From Candidatus Woesearchaeota archaeon (GTDB lineage Archaea; Nanobdellota; Nanobdellia; Pacearchaeales; GW2011-AR1): a DNA stretch of 64,000 nt. Of this stretch, positions 17,498-27,082 are shown piece after piece. Made by a program: the position numbers and the translations under genes. The stretch is taken from NCBI GenBank assembly GCA_964514585.1, contig CAZETU010000004.1, positions 22,726 to 86,725 of the forward strand, read 5' to 3'. The first letter of the stretch is position 1, and each line of letters starts with the position of its first letter. The notes under the pieces were generated by a model. That model made no database searches. It saw only the letters and a list, made by a program, of their open reading frames with translations, and was not told the origin of the DNA.

Positions 17498-20400
17498 ACT
17501 TTCTTCTCCTTTGTCTTCTCTTCTTTCTTAAGTTTCGATTGGACAGCCAATGGGCCAGTAACTTTAACCAACAACCCAGGAAGACCCGTACCAACAGGAA
17601 CCGGCTGATTCAAAATAACATTCTCAATCACCGACGCCAACTTATCCTTTCTACCAGTCTTAGTAGCCTGAACAAACTGCTTATCTGGAGTCTCAAACGC
17701 AGCCCTTGCCAAAATCGAACTCTTGTCCCCAATAATACCCATTCGAGTAATACCCTTAACAGCACCAGAACCAGTCATAGTATCCGCGACAAGCATAGCG
17801 TGCTTGCCATCAATCGCAAGACCCTGAGAAACAATTACACCATTAATTTCATTAATAACTAATTGTCGAGCAGCCTCAATTCCCAAAACATCCGAAACCT
17901 CATAAATATCATTCGTAATAATCCTATCAGCATCGATACCCTTAAACTTCAGCAAATCCTTTAAATTTGAACCAGCCGTCAAAATCACATAATCCCTATC
18001 CCTCTTAACAACCAAAACCTGCGAAATCTTCTTAACACCAGTCAAAATAACTTCCTTAATTTTCTCCTTAGTTTTATAAATCATCTTAAAATCTTCCTTA
18101 GACATATCAAGAGTAATTCCGTCAGACAACTTCTTAGCATCGAAACCCTTATCATTCAAAACCTCAACAGCCTTATCTAAAGTTATGTGAGCCAATTTCA
18201 AAGATGCATTATCAACACCAATCTTAATCTTCTTAGAGCCAAAATCAATCCCAATCTCAGAAACAATTTCCTTCAACTTAACTTCCTTAATCTTCTCAGC
18301 AACAACCCTAGCATCCTTCTCATTATTATGATCCTTATCCAAATAAATAACCATAGCTGGTGTCTTAGGTAACTTACGAGCATCCAAAATTTCAATTATT
18401 CTCGGCAACCCCTGAGTAACCTGCATCTCTGCAACACCAGCAGCGTGAAACGTATTCAAAACCATCTGAGTCGAAGCTTCACCAAAACTCTGAGCAGTCA
18501 CAACACCAATAGCTTCACCAGACGCAACCGGCATATTCTTATGTTTAGCAGAAACATCAATCCCATCAAGACCATACTTAAACTGAACAATATTATTAGA
18601 AGCATCCCTCACAGTACCGTCGTAAGCCATAACCAAATCCTGCAAAGAATTTGCCAACCTTCTATACAAATAACCAGACTTCGGCGTCCTAAGAGCTACA
18701 TCCATCAGACCATCTCGACCAGTCATAGAACCAAAGAAAAATTCCTGAGCAGTCAAACCTTTCATCAAAGAACTATAAATAAACCCTCTAGCCTTCGGCG
18801 ACAAATCTCCCTTCTTGAAAAACGGCAATGTCCTATCGGTATACCCAAAATCAATTCTACGCCCATTCAATACTTGCTGCCCAACCGAACAGGCAATCTG
18901 AGTAATATTAAGCATACTACCCTTCGCCCCCGAACCAATCATCTTACTAGTCAAATTATCCTTAGGAAAACCTTCCTTAACAGCGTCACCAATCTCAGTT
19001 CGAGTCTCATTCAAAACCTGCAAAACCTTATTTTCCCTCGTCTCCTCAGAACTCTTACCCGGCAAGCATTCAATACTGCCATCGTAATAACTATCAATAA
19101 TTTTCTGAGACTTAGCCTCAGCAACTTCAATAATCTTAGCCGTCTTATTCTTAACTTCCTTAGGAACGTCTAAATCAGTCATAGAAAGTGTAAACCCCGT
19201 CCTCGATAAAAAAGTCGTACCAATGGCAAAAACTCTTCTCAAAAGTTCAGTAACCTCACTTCGACTCATCTTAGTATCAGCGATCCTTAAAGCGTCGCCA
19301 CTACCTTCCTTAAATCCTTTAAAATCGACATTATCTCCAGCCATAACTTTAGGGATAACTTTATCAAAAACATCCTTTCCTGAATTCATTGCCTTAAAAT
19401 TAGGAACCTCAACGCCCGCTTCATACATCAATTGCGAAGCGTCCTCCTTACTAAGTTCAGCCTCATTCAACATAAAATTCCCACTAACAGCATCCGCAAC
19501 ACAGCCTAAAAAATTCATATTATTCTTTGGCGAAAATAAATTATTATCAACATTCAACAAAACCTCTGCTTCAGCCCTAGCCTCTTCAGTCTGTGGAGCG
19601 TGAATATTCATCTCATCCCCATCAAAGTCCGCACCATAGGGACCACAAACAGCAGGATGAATTCTAAAAGTCCTACATGGAAGAACCTTAACAAAATGAG
19701 CCATCAGCGACGCTCTATGCAAAGAAGGATGCCTATTAAACAAAACAATGTCTCCATCAATCAAATGCCTCTCAACAACATAACCAGGCTCAATCTCCTC
19801 TTTCAATTCTTCCCTCAAATCATTAGTAATTCTTTTCCTCTTCCCATCAGGTCGAATAATATAATTAGCACCAGGATATTCCGCCTTCATAATCAATTCC
19901 TTCAACTTCTTAATATTAAGCGATGTCACCCTCTCTGCAGCAGTCAAAATCTTTGCAACTTCAAAAGGAACACCAACTTCATTTAGCCTCATATTAGGAT
20001 CCGGAGAAATAACAGTACGAGCAGAAAAATTAACTCTCTTCCCAGCCAAATTCTTTCTAATTCGTCCTTCCTTACCTTTAATTCTCTCAGTAATAGTCTT
20101 CAATGGCTGACCACTTCTATGCCTCGCTGGCGGAATCTTTGCAATTGAATTATCAAAGAAGGTCGTAATATGATACTGCAATAAATCCCAAAGATCCTCG
20201 ATAATAACCTCAGGCGCACCAGCATTCAAATTTTCCCAAAGCCTTTGATTAGACCGAATAATATCCGACAACTTATGTGTCAAATCATCTTCACTTCTTT
20301 CACCAGATTCCAAAGTAATAGAAGGTCGAACCGTTACAGACGGAACAAGCAACAAAGTCAAAATCGCCCATTCAGGCCTCAAAGTCTCAGCATTAATTCC

Positions 20401-20934
20401 CAAAATCTTCAAATCGTCGTCGCTAACCTTAACCAATCTCTCCCTAATCTCAGAAGGGAAAAGTCTCCGCCTACCTGATCTAAAGGTAGTAGGTTTCTCC
20501 AACTTAACTTTCTCCTGAATAATACTACAATGAGGACATTTCTTTCCATCCTTAGCCTTCTTAATTCTATCAATCAAATTCTTACTCAAATCCTTCTCTT
20601 CTTTAATTAAAACCTTACCACAAGCCTCACAAGTTGACCTCAAAACCAAATCAATAATTGGCAGATACTTAATATGAACAAGAGGTCGAGCTAATTCAAT
20701 AACACCAGGATGACCAAGACATTCCTTCAATCGACCACCACAAGTTCTACACCGAACACCAGGGTCAATCGCACCAAGCCTCAAATCCATCAAACCACCA
20801 TCAACCGGATAACCATCAACGTCATAAAGCTCCGGCGTCACAATCTTCGCAACACTCAACTTCTTAATCTGCTCAGGACTAAGTAAGTGAAAAGTCATCG
20901 CATCAATTTGTTTCTTAATTGGTTTCCTACTCAT
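17494..20934 (-). CDS. rpoA1: RNA polymerase largest subunit, fused Rpo1N/Rpo1C (A'+A'')
   Basis: CRTCGGRLKECLGH Zn site, RKNLAGKRVNFSAR, YGADFDGDEMN, bridge helix TPKSGYLYRRL, trigger loop TQMVLNTFH and C-terminal ENVILNQPVPVGTG, all in one 1146-aa ORF. Confidence 0.97.
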   Translation of the reverse strand: MSRKPIKKQIDAMTFHLLSPEQIKKLSVAKIVTPELYDVDGYPVDGGLMDLRLGAIDPGVRCRTCGGRLKECLGHPGVIELARPLVHIKYLPIIDLVLRSTCEACGKVLIKEEKDLSKNLIDRIKKAKDGKKCPHCSIIQEKVKLEKPTTFRSGRRRLFPSEIRERLVKVSDDDLKILGINAETLRPEWAILTLLLVPSVTVRPSITLESGERSEDDLTHKLSDIIRSNQRLWENLNAGAPEVIIEDLWDLLQYHITTFFDNSIAKIPPARHRSGQPLKTITERIKGKEGRIRKNLAGKRVNFSARTVISPDPNMRLNEVGVPFEVAKILTAAERVTSLNIKKLKELIMKAEYPGANYIIRPDGKRKRITNDLREELKEEIEPGYVVERHLIDGDIVLFNRHPSLHRASLMAHFVKVLPCRTFRIHPAVCGPYGADFDGDEMNIHAPQTEEARAEAEVLLNVDNNLFSPKNNMNFLGCVADAVSGNFMLNEAELSKEDASQLMYEAGVEVPNFKAMNSGKDVFDKVIPKVMAGDNVDFKGFKEGSGDALRIADTKMSRSEVTELLRRVFAIGTTFLSRTGFTLSMTDLDVPKEVKNKTAKIIEVAEAKSQKIIDSYYDGSIECLPGKSSEETRENKVLQVLNETRTEIGDAVKEGFPKDNLTSKMIGSGAKGSMLNITQIACSVGQQVLNGRRIDFGYTDRTLPFFKKGDLSPKARGFIYSSLMKGLTAQEFFFGSMTGRDGLMDVALRTPKSGYLYRRLANSLQDLVMAYDGTVRDASNNIVQFKYGLDGIDVSAKHKNMPVASGEAIGVVTAQSFGEASTQMVLNTFHAAGVAEMQVTQGLPRIIEILDARKLPKTPAMVIYLDKDHNNEKDARVVAEKIKEVKLKEIVSEIGIDFGSKKIKIGVDNASLKLAHITLDKAVEVLNDKGFDAKKLSDGITLDMSKEDFKMIYKTKEKIKEVILTGVKKISQVLVVKRDRDYVILTAGSNLKDLLKFKGIDADRIITNDIYEVSDVLGIEAARQLVINEINGVIVSQGLAIDGKHAMLVADTMTGSGAVKGITRMGIIGDKSSILARAAFETPDKQFVQATKTGRKDKLASVIENVILNQPVPVGTGLPGLLVKVTGPLAVQSKLKKEEKTKEKKV

Positions 20935-20935
20935 T

Positions 20936-23900
20936 TTATTCGTACTTGTTCTTTAGCTCGAATTTAGTTAATAAATGCAATCCCTGTAATTCCTCAACCA
21001 ACAACTTGAAAGCATACGAAACCTCAATGGGTTCAATCTGATTTGAATGACAAAGGCTACAAACTTTCTTATTATGAATCTGATCATCGATAACAACACT
21101 CCCACACTTCGAACAAATATTCAAAACAACCTTATCAGAATCGTAACGCTCCTTCAAAAGAAGAGACGCCCCATGCCCAACCAAAGCTTCCTGCTCCATT
21201 TCTCCAAGTCTCAAAGCTCCACCCCGACTCCTACCCTCGATAGGCTGCCTAGTCAACAAAGCAATCTTCCCCGAAGCTCGAGCGTGCATCTTATCCGCAA
21301 CCATATACTTCAACTTCAAATAAAACATATTACCAATAAAAATCTTAACAGGCATTCGCTTCCCAGTAATCCCGTTATACATAACTTCCTTACCACTCGC
21401 TCTAAATCCTAACTTCTTCAAATTATCTTCAAGACTATCAATCGTCTCACCACTAAAACTAGAAGCATCAACAATTCTTCCAGAAAGAGCAGCCAACTTA
21501 CCAGCCAAAACATCCATCAAATAACCAACAGTCATACGCGATGGTATACCATGAGGATTAAACATAATGTCCGGTCGTATACCACTAACAGTAAACGGAA
21601 TATCAGCCTCCTTAGCAATCATACCAACAATACCTTTCTGTCCATGAGGCACCGAAAACTTATCTCCAACTTCAGGAATTCTCAATTCTCGAGTTCTAAC
21701 CTGAACAATCTTATTACCTTCTTTATCTTGAGTAATAAAAACAGCGTCGACAATACCAGTCTCTTCTTGCTTAATAGCAGAAGAATTCTCCTTCTTTGTC
21801 TGAATAGAAATTTCCCTAGCCTCACTCAAAAATTTAGGAGGACTAATCTTGCCAATAACAACCTCACCCTCATTCAAAGAAGCCTCAGGATAAACAATAC
21901 CATCATCTTCCAAAAACCTATAGCTCTCTTCCAATCTGTAACCAGAAACATCCTTGTCAGGAATCATAATCTCATCACGAAGACCACCGGCATAGTTCAA
22001 CTCAATAGAAGTATACGGCCTAAATCTAGAGCTTCTACCAAATCCCCTATCAACAGAACCACCATTCAAAACAGTAGCATCTTCCATATTATAACCCTCA
22101 TAAGGCATAATCGCCAAAACAACATTCTGCCCAACAGGATGAACATTTAAAGTATCATAAACAAAACTTCTAACTAGGGGCTTCTGCGGATAATGCAAAA
22201 GAGAAACATCAGTATCAATTCTAACAGGAAAATTACCAGCATAAATTCCAAGGCCCTGTCTATAAGCTCTAGAACCACCCTTAACCATACGCGCAGGAGG
22301 ATCATGATTTCCAAAAGGAATCAAAGAAACCGAAACACCAAAAACATCAATATCATCAATCTCAAGATGAGTATGCTCCTCAGTCAAGCCATCTTCTTTC
22401 AAAGAAAGATAACAATCATCTTCCTCAGCAGCATCAAGATACTCCAAAATTCCCTGCCTAAACAATTCTTCCCAAGACAAATTTCCTTCCTTAACCAATT
22501 CCAAATGTTCTTCCTTTAATCTAGAAACGCCATTCTCAACGATAATCAAAGGTCGAATAACTCTACCAACTTCAGAACTTATAAAAACAGTATTCAAAAA
22601 CTTATCAAACCGAACAGACATTTCAACCGGTAACCTATTTTCTCTCCTAGCTTCTCTAACCAACTTCGTAAAATCTTCAGCCTCATCAATAGAACCAACA
22701 AATCGTCCATTATAAAAAACATCAACATTCCCTTCGTCACTAATCATTCCAGATTCCTTCAAAACCTTCAAAACATCATCATGCTCCATCGTCGTCCTCG
22801 TAGTAATTCTAGCAAGCAATGCCAAATTTTTCCTAAGACCAATCTCAGTTCCTTCTGGAGTTTCAATCGGACAGAATCGACCATAATGAGTTGGATGAAC
22901 AGTCCTAGCAGCCAAATTTTCCTGCTCACCAGGCAAAGTCGAAGTCACTCTCTGTAATTGAGACATAATCGCAAAAGAATTATTCTTATCCATATTCTGA
23001 GTCACACCATTTCTCTCACCAATCCACGAACCGGTCGCAATCGCCGATTCAACCCTGTGAGTAAACAAAGTCGACTTAGCAATAGTCTTAATAGAATAAA
23101 ACTTACGTCTCTTCACAGTCTTCTGCAAAGTATGCTGAACCTCTCTAAGCAAAATATTAATATTAACCCTAAACAAATCAGACAACAAATCCCCACTCAA
23201 TCTAACTCTCTTATTAGCATAATGGTCCTTATCAGTAAAAGCATCACCAGGATTTTCCCTCGCAATATAAAACTGCTTAATAAATTTACAAAGCGTCTTA
23301 GCTTTCTCAAGACGAGCCGCCTTGTCTAAACCAATATGAGGTAAAAAGTAAGAATCCATTCTCTGCTTAACCCTATCAAGCATCTCCTTGTTCGTACCCT
23401 GCAAAGAACTCTTCTCCGCAATCCACATCAAAGCATCATTCACATTAGCAATTTCAGCATATTCATAAAGATTAACGGCCAAACTATCCGTCTGCTTCCC
23501 AATCAACTGCGCAATCTCAGCGTCACTAGTCAAGCCCAAAGCCTTCAAAAGAACAATAGCCGGAATATCTCTAAACCTCGAAAACGAAGCCTCCAAAATT
23601 CCCTCAGGACTCTCAACTAAATTAACTGGAATCTTATAAGCCCCTCGCTGCGAGAACAGCCTCAAAACCAATCTATTCTTAGTCTTCTGCCACTCAACAA
23701 AAGTTTGATTCGAAGCCAAATCCTCAGCCATAACCATAACTCTCTCATTACCATTAATCAAAAAATAGCCACCATGATCTTTAGGATCAATATAATTCTT
23801 AATCAAATCCTCCTCATTCATTCCATCAAGATTACAAGCCCGACTCTTAACCATAATCGGAATCCTACCAAGCTGAACTTCCTCAGTCTCAACCTGACCA

Positions 23901-24190
23901 GCATAATTAATCGCCATCTCAATCCAAATCGGAGCAGAATAAGTCAAATTTCTCAAACGAGATTCAGCAGGAGTAATCGGCCGACTAGAACCATCACTCT
24001 CGATAATATTCGGCTTACCAACCCTAACCTTACCAAGTTTAATCTCAAAATCCTCATTAGGCAAACCGTCAGACAACTCCGTCACAATTTCCTGCATCTT
24101 ATTTTCAACAAAATCATTAAAAGACTTAATATTAGACTCAACAAGTGAATGGTTCTTCAAAAACTCTTTAACTAAAACATGCTCAGCCAT
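20936..24190 (-). CDS. rpoB: RNA polymerase subunit B (unsplit Rpo2)
   Basis: GGYFLING, CPIETPEG, GYNMED, GDKF..HGQKG, GALRLGEME, C-terminal CxxC...CxxC Zn ribbon. Confidence 0.98.
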   Translation of the reverse strand: MAEHVLVKEFLKNHSLVESNIKSFNDFVENKMQEIVTELSDGLPNEDFEIKLGKVRVGKPNIIESDGSSRPITPAESRLRNLTYSAPIWIEMAINYAGQVETEEVQLGRIPIMVKSRACNLDGMNEEDLIKNYIDPKDHGGYFLINGNERVMVMAEDLASNQTFVEWQKTKNRLVLRLFSQRGAYKIPVNLVESPEGILEASFSRFRDIPAIVLLKALGLTSDAEIAQLIGKQTDSLAVNLYEYAEIANVNDALMWIAEKSSLQGTNKEMLDRVKQRMDSYFLPHIGLDKAARLEKAKTLCKFIKQFYIARENPGDAFTDKDHYANKRVRLSGDLLSDLFRVNINILLREVQHTLQKTVKRRKFYSIKTIAKSTLFTHRVESAIATGSWIGERNGVTQNMDKNNSFAIMSQLQRVTSTLPGEQENLAARTVHPTHYGRFCPIETPEGTEIGLRKNLALLARITTRTTMEHDDVLKVLKESGMISDEGNVDVFYNGRFVGSIDEAEDFTKLVREARRENRLPVEMSVRFDKFLNTVFISSEVGRVIRPLIIVENGVSRLKEEHLELVKEGNLSWEELFRQGILEYLDAAEEDDCYLSLKEDGLTEEHTHLEIDDIDVFGVSVSLIPFGNHDPPARMVKGGSRAYRQGLGIYAGNFPVRIDTDVSLLHYPQKPLVRSFVYDTLNVHPVGQNVVLAIMPYEGYNMEDATVLNGGSVDRGFGRSSRFRPYTSIELNYAGGLRDEIMIPDKDVSGYRLEESYRFLEDDGIVYPEASLNEGEVVIGKISPPKFLSEAREISIQTKKENSSAIKQEETGIVDAVFITQDKEGNKIVQVRTRELRIPEVGDKFSVPHGQKGIVGMIAKEADIPFTVSGIRPDIMFNPHGIPSRMTVGYLMDVLAGKLAALSGRIVDASSFSGETIDSLEDNLKKLGFRASGKEVMYNGITGKRMPVKIFIGNMFYLKLKYMVADKMHARASGKIALLTRQPIEGRSRGGALRLGEMEQEALVGHGASLLLKERYDSDKVVLNICSKCGSVVIDDQIHNKKVCSLCHSNQIEPIEVSYAFKLLVEELQGLHLLTKFELKNKYE

Positions 24191-24191
24191 C

Positions 24192-24395
24192 TTAAATCAC
24201 AACCCTATAATAAACTTCGGCCAAATCACCCTTTCGTTCAATTTTAACAACGTCTCCAGTCTCACAACCTTCAGGAAGAGCAGCGTCCTTCTTAGAAATT
24301 TTCGGCAACTGCGCCAAAGCAATATTAAACTGAAGCAGAACCTTCTCTACCTCATTGGGATTCAGCTTCGTGTGCTTTGGTTGGAGTATATGCAT
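24192..24395 (-). CDS. rpoH: RNA polymerase subunit H (Rpo5)
   Basis: HILQPKH, QLPKI...D, GDVVKIER, YYRVV. Confidence 0.96.
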   Translation of the reverse strand: MHILQPKHTKLNPNEVEKVLLQFNIALAQLPKISKKDAALPEGCETGDVVKIERKGDLAEVYYRVVI

Positions 24396-24553
24396 CTTAC
24401 TTTTAGAATATTACCTTTAGATAAAAAAAAGACCAAAAATGGCTTTAAAAACTTTTGCTTTTTGTTATTATAAAGTAGTTCGAGACAAAATTGCCCTCCC
24501 ACAAAGATACATTACAATAATACTTTTAAATCACATTAATATAATTCATTAAA

Positions 24554-25471
24554 ATGATTAACAGACAAAGAACCATCAAAAAACCATTTAAGCTTTCAGG
24601 AATAGAAGCACTTGGTGGAAAATCTGTATATGTTTATTTTGAGAAAGCTCCAGTAGACAATGGAATTAAGTTTATAACTCCCTCTGGATACATTCCTGCA
24701 TCATTAGATTGCGTTAAATCGAAAACAGCTTTTTTAGATCTTGCACGAACATTATCCCTAAGCAATGGAAGAAATGATATTCTAGTGCCAGAACATTTAC
24801 TTGGGATCGTCTTTGGAATGGAGCTAGATAATGCAAATATAATCTTAGAAACAGAAGAATCAAGAAGTTATTCTGCTTTAAAAGGAATATTGGGGTCTTC
24901 TAATTCTGATGTTGTACCATATCTCGGAGAAGCTCTATATGATCACTTAGAAAATAATTTAGAAGAACAAGAAACCCCTAGAAAAAATTTATTTCTCGAA
25001 CACAGAATAGAAAGTGATAGATTATCCATAGAACCAACAGATAGAAAGGGAATAATTATAGACATAGAAACTGACTATAAATTAAGAAGTGGAGAAAGAG
25101 TGATTCAATCATATAAGGGGGAAATAACACCCGAACTAGTAAAAGAAATTTCATTAGCCAGAGCCTATTGCAGAGTTCCACACTGGTCCCCAAAAACTTT
25201 AACAAAATTTCTGAGTCAGTTCTTCTATCTTTCACAAGGCTTAGGGAATGGGAGCAATAAAGATAATATTTTTTATCCAGAAAAAACCGCCAATGGTTGG
25301 CATGCCCAAGAAAGAGTGGAGGCCGAAATAGTCAAACATTCAATTTTAGACAAACTGGGAGAAATAGCATTACTATCAGGAAGATTATCTAGAGTAAAAA
25401 TAACATCTCGTGGAGCAAGTCATAAACACACAATGGGGTTTCTTCAAAAATATCAAGACAAATTTAGATAA
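24554..25471 (+). CDS. lpxC: LpxC-like zinc deacetylase (UDP-3-O-acyl-GlcNAc deacetylase fold)
   Basis: QRTIKK..SG N-terminus, AP.DNGI, PEHLL (Zn His/catalytic Glu), KHSILDKLGEI (HKxLD-like) and ASH (catalytic His). Divergent, so activity is uncertain. Confidence 0.78.
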   Translation: MINRQRTIKKPFKLSGIEALGGKSVYVYFEKAPVDNGIKFITPSGYIPASLDCVKSKTAFLDLARTLSLSNGRNDILVPEHLLGIVFGMELDNANIILETEESRSYSALKGILGSSNSDVVPYLGEALYDHLENNLEEQETPRKNLFLEHRIESDRLSIEPTDRKGIIIDIETDYKLRSGERVIQSYKGEITPELVKEISLARAYCRVPHWSPKTLTKFLSQFFYLSQGLGNGSNKDNIFYPEKTANGWHAQERVEAEIVKHSILDKLGEIALLSGRLSRVKITSRGASHKHTMGFLQKYQDKFR

Positions 25472-25475
25472 AAAA

Positions 25476-25565
25476 TAGTCCGAGGGAATTAAAGAGTCTT
25501 TATAACTCCTTAGAAATTATTTACAATTTCGGCCGAGCTTCTTTGAAGCGACGGTTGTTCAAAGA
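25476..25565 (-). other. Structured ~90-nt element 3' of tRNA-Lys, ending in a degenerate copy of the tRNA 3' end
   Basis: Stems tctttgaa/ttcaaaga (25540-47/25558-65), gaaatt/aatttc (25513-18/25525-30), gagt/actc (25494-97/25505-08). aaaaatagtccgagggaatt resembles aaaaatggccccgaggggatt. Confidence 0.55.
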
Positions 25566-25576
25566 CCCGAGAAAAA

Positions 25577-25651
25577 TGGCCCCGAGGGGATTTGAACCCC
25601 CGACACCTGGATTAAAAGTCCAGTGCTCTAACCAGGCTGAGCTACGGAGCC
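25577..25651 (-). tRNA. tRNA-Lys(UUU)
   Basis: GGCTCCG/CGGGGCC acceptor, CTGGA-CTTTTAA-TCCAG anticodon arm, GGTTCAAATCC T arm; CCA not encoded. Confidence 0.97.
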
Positions 25652-25727
25652 ATTAAATTACTGAGAAAATTTAACTTTAAAAACTTGTGGGATTAAAGCA
25701 CTGACACCTCAATCTTAACTTTAAAAA

Positions 25728-26831
25728 CTATTTATTCATATCAAAATATTTAGCCAACTTCGGACCATGTTGACCCTGATAATGAGAGCCCTTTCCCTTC
25801 TCTCCATATAAAACCTCTGGGAGATCTTTCATACGATAAAACTTGAAACTCCCTATCCTTTGTCCATCCGTCAATAAAAAAGGCTGGCCAAAATTCCTAA
25901 CCTCAAGAGTTGCTTGCGCTCTAAAATTAGGATCAAAAAACCCTGCATAATGAACACGAACTTCTCCAGCATCCGTTTCGATATCAACCATTTCCGAACA
26001 AAGATTTGCAGGGATGCTAATAATCTCCTTACTAGAAAGAATATAGAAAGAATTAGAATTAACAATAAGCCCCTTACCCAAACCCTTAGATAAATAGACT
26101 TTATCAAAATACTCTGAAAAGGGAAGATCTCTTTTAGAAAGATCGACAGGAGGAGCATTTTCCTTAGAAACAAACCCAGGAAACCTTTCATCCAAATCTA
26201 AAGTTAAAGAAAATATTCCGTTAAAAAGCCCTTTACCTTCACTCAAAAGACATTCAGTATCATTGTTTGACTCAAACAATAAACCATAATTTTTATTAAT
26301 TTTTTTCAAACAATCTTCATCAAGACAACAAGTGTTAGAGTCAAAAAATCTAAGCTGATTAAGACAATCCCCTTTGCGAACAATAATATCAAAAGACCTA
26401 GGATATATTTCAACCCACAACTTCCCACTATAACCATAAGGTATCTTATCAAAAGAAGTTCCATTTTCAGCTATTAATCTAACATGAACATCAATTCTAC
26501 CAATAGAACTTTTAGGATTAACTCTCCCAGAAATTCCCGGAGGCAATTTCAAATATTCTTGCAACTCAAAAACATAAACACAATTTTTATGCAAAAATCC
26601 ATTCTTACTCAAATCAACGTCATAAGAAGAATTATTTTTCAAAAACTCTTCAAAATTTCCATTAGAAGAAATAGAAGAAAAAGGCAAACAATAACCCATC
26701 TCACCTAACCTCAAGTCCAAAGAAGAAGGTTGTATTTGATTTTCGTTTACAGCCTCCTTTGAACAAATCAACCCTCTTTCAATTAATTTCTTAATACCCT
26801 TATCGGAATAAACGCCCCCTTCTTCAATCAT
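25728..26831 (-). CDS. dcd: dCTP deaminase, long two-domain bacterial type
   Basis: IQPSSLDLRLG, NPKSSIGRIDV, HYAGFFDPNF, LEVR, YQGQ; two trimeric dUTPase-fold halves. Confidence 0.9.
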   Translation of the reverse strand: MIEEGGVYSDKGIKKLIERGLICSKEAVNENQIQPSSLDLRLGEMGYCLPFSSISSNGNFEEFLKNNSSYDVDLSKNGFLHKNCVYVFELQEYLKLPPGISGRVNPKSSIGRIDVHVRLIAENGTSFDKIPYGYSGKLWVEIYPRSFDIIVRKGDCLNQLRFFDSNTCCLDEDCLKKINKNYGLLFESNNDTECLLSEGKGLFNGIFSLTLDLDERFPGFVSKENAPPVDLSKRDLPFSEYFDKVYLSKGLGKGLIVNSNSFYILSSKEIISIPANLCSEMVDIETDAGEVRVHYAGFFDPNFRAQATLEVRNFGQPFLLTDGQRIGSFKFYRMKDLPEVLYGEKGKGSHYQGQHGPKLAKYFDMNK

Positions 26832-26912
26832 ACAAAAAAATGATTAATCCCATTTATATAAATTATTGTGATTAGTTAAGCTATAAATAAAATTAAAAAT
26901 TAGCCCACTCTA

Positions 26913-26996
26913 CTAAATATTACTTCCACCGCTACCAAAAGCCCTGTTACCCAGAACACTATCACTAAGCTCGCCGACAACCGACAACTCAATCAC
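26913..26996 (-). pseudogene. Orphan remnant of a dUTPase 3' end
   Basis: Translates as VIELSVVGELSDSVLGNRAFGSGGSNI*, matching the adjacent dUTPase tail DELSDSVRGEAAFGSG*SNI*. Upstream in-frame stops, no start. Confidence 0.8.
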
Positions 26997-27082
26997 TCAA
27001 AATCATAACTAACAAAAAATTATTCATCTACATATTGTTACAATAAGGTAAACTATAAATAACAACACTGCCTCAACAACTT

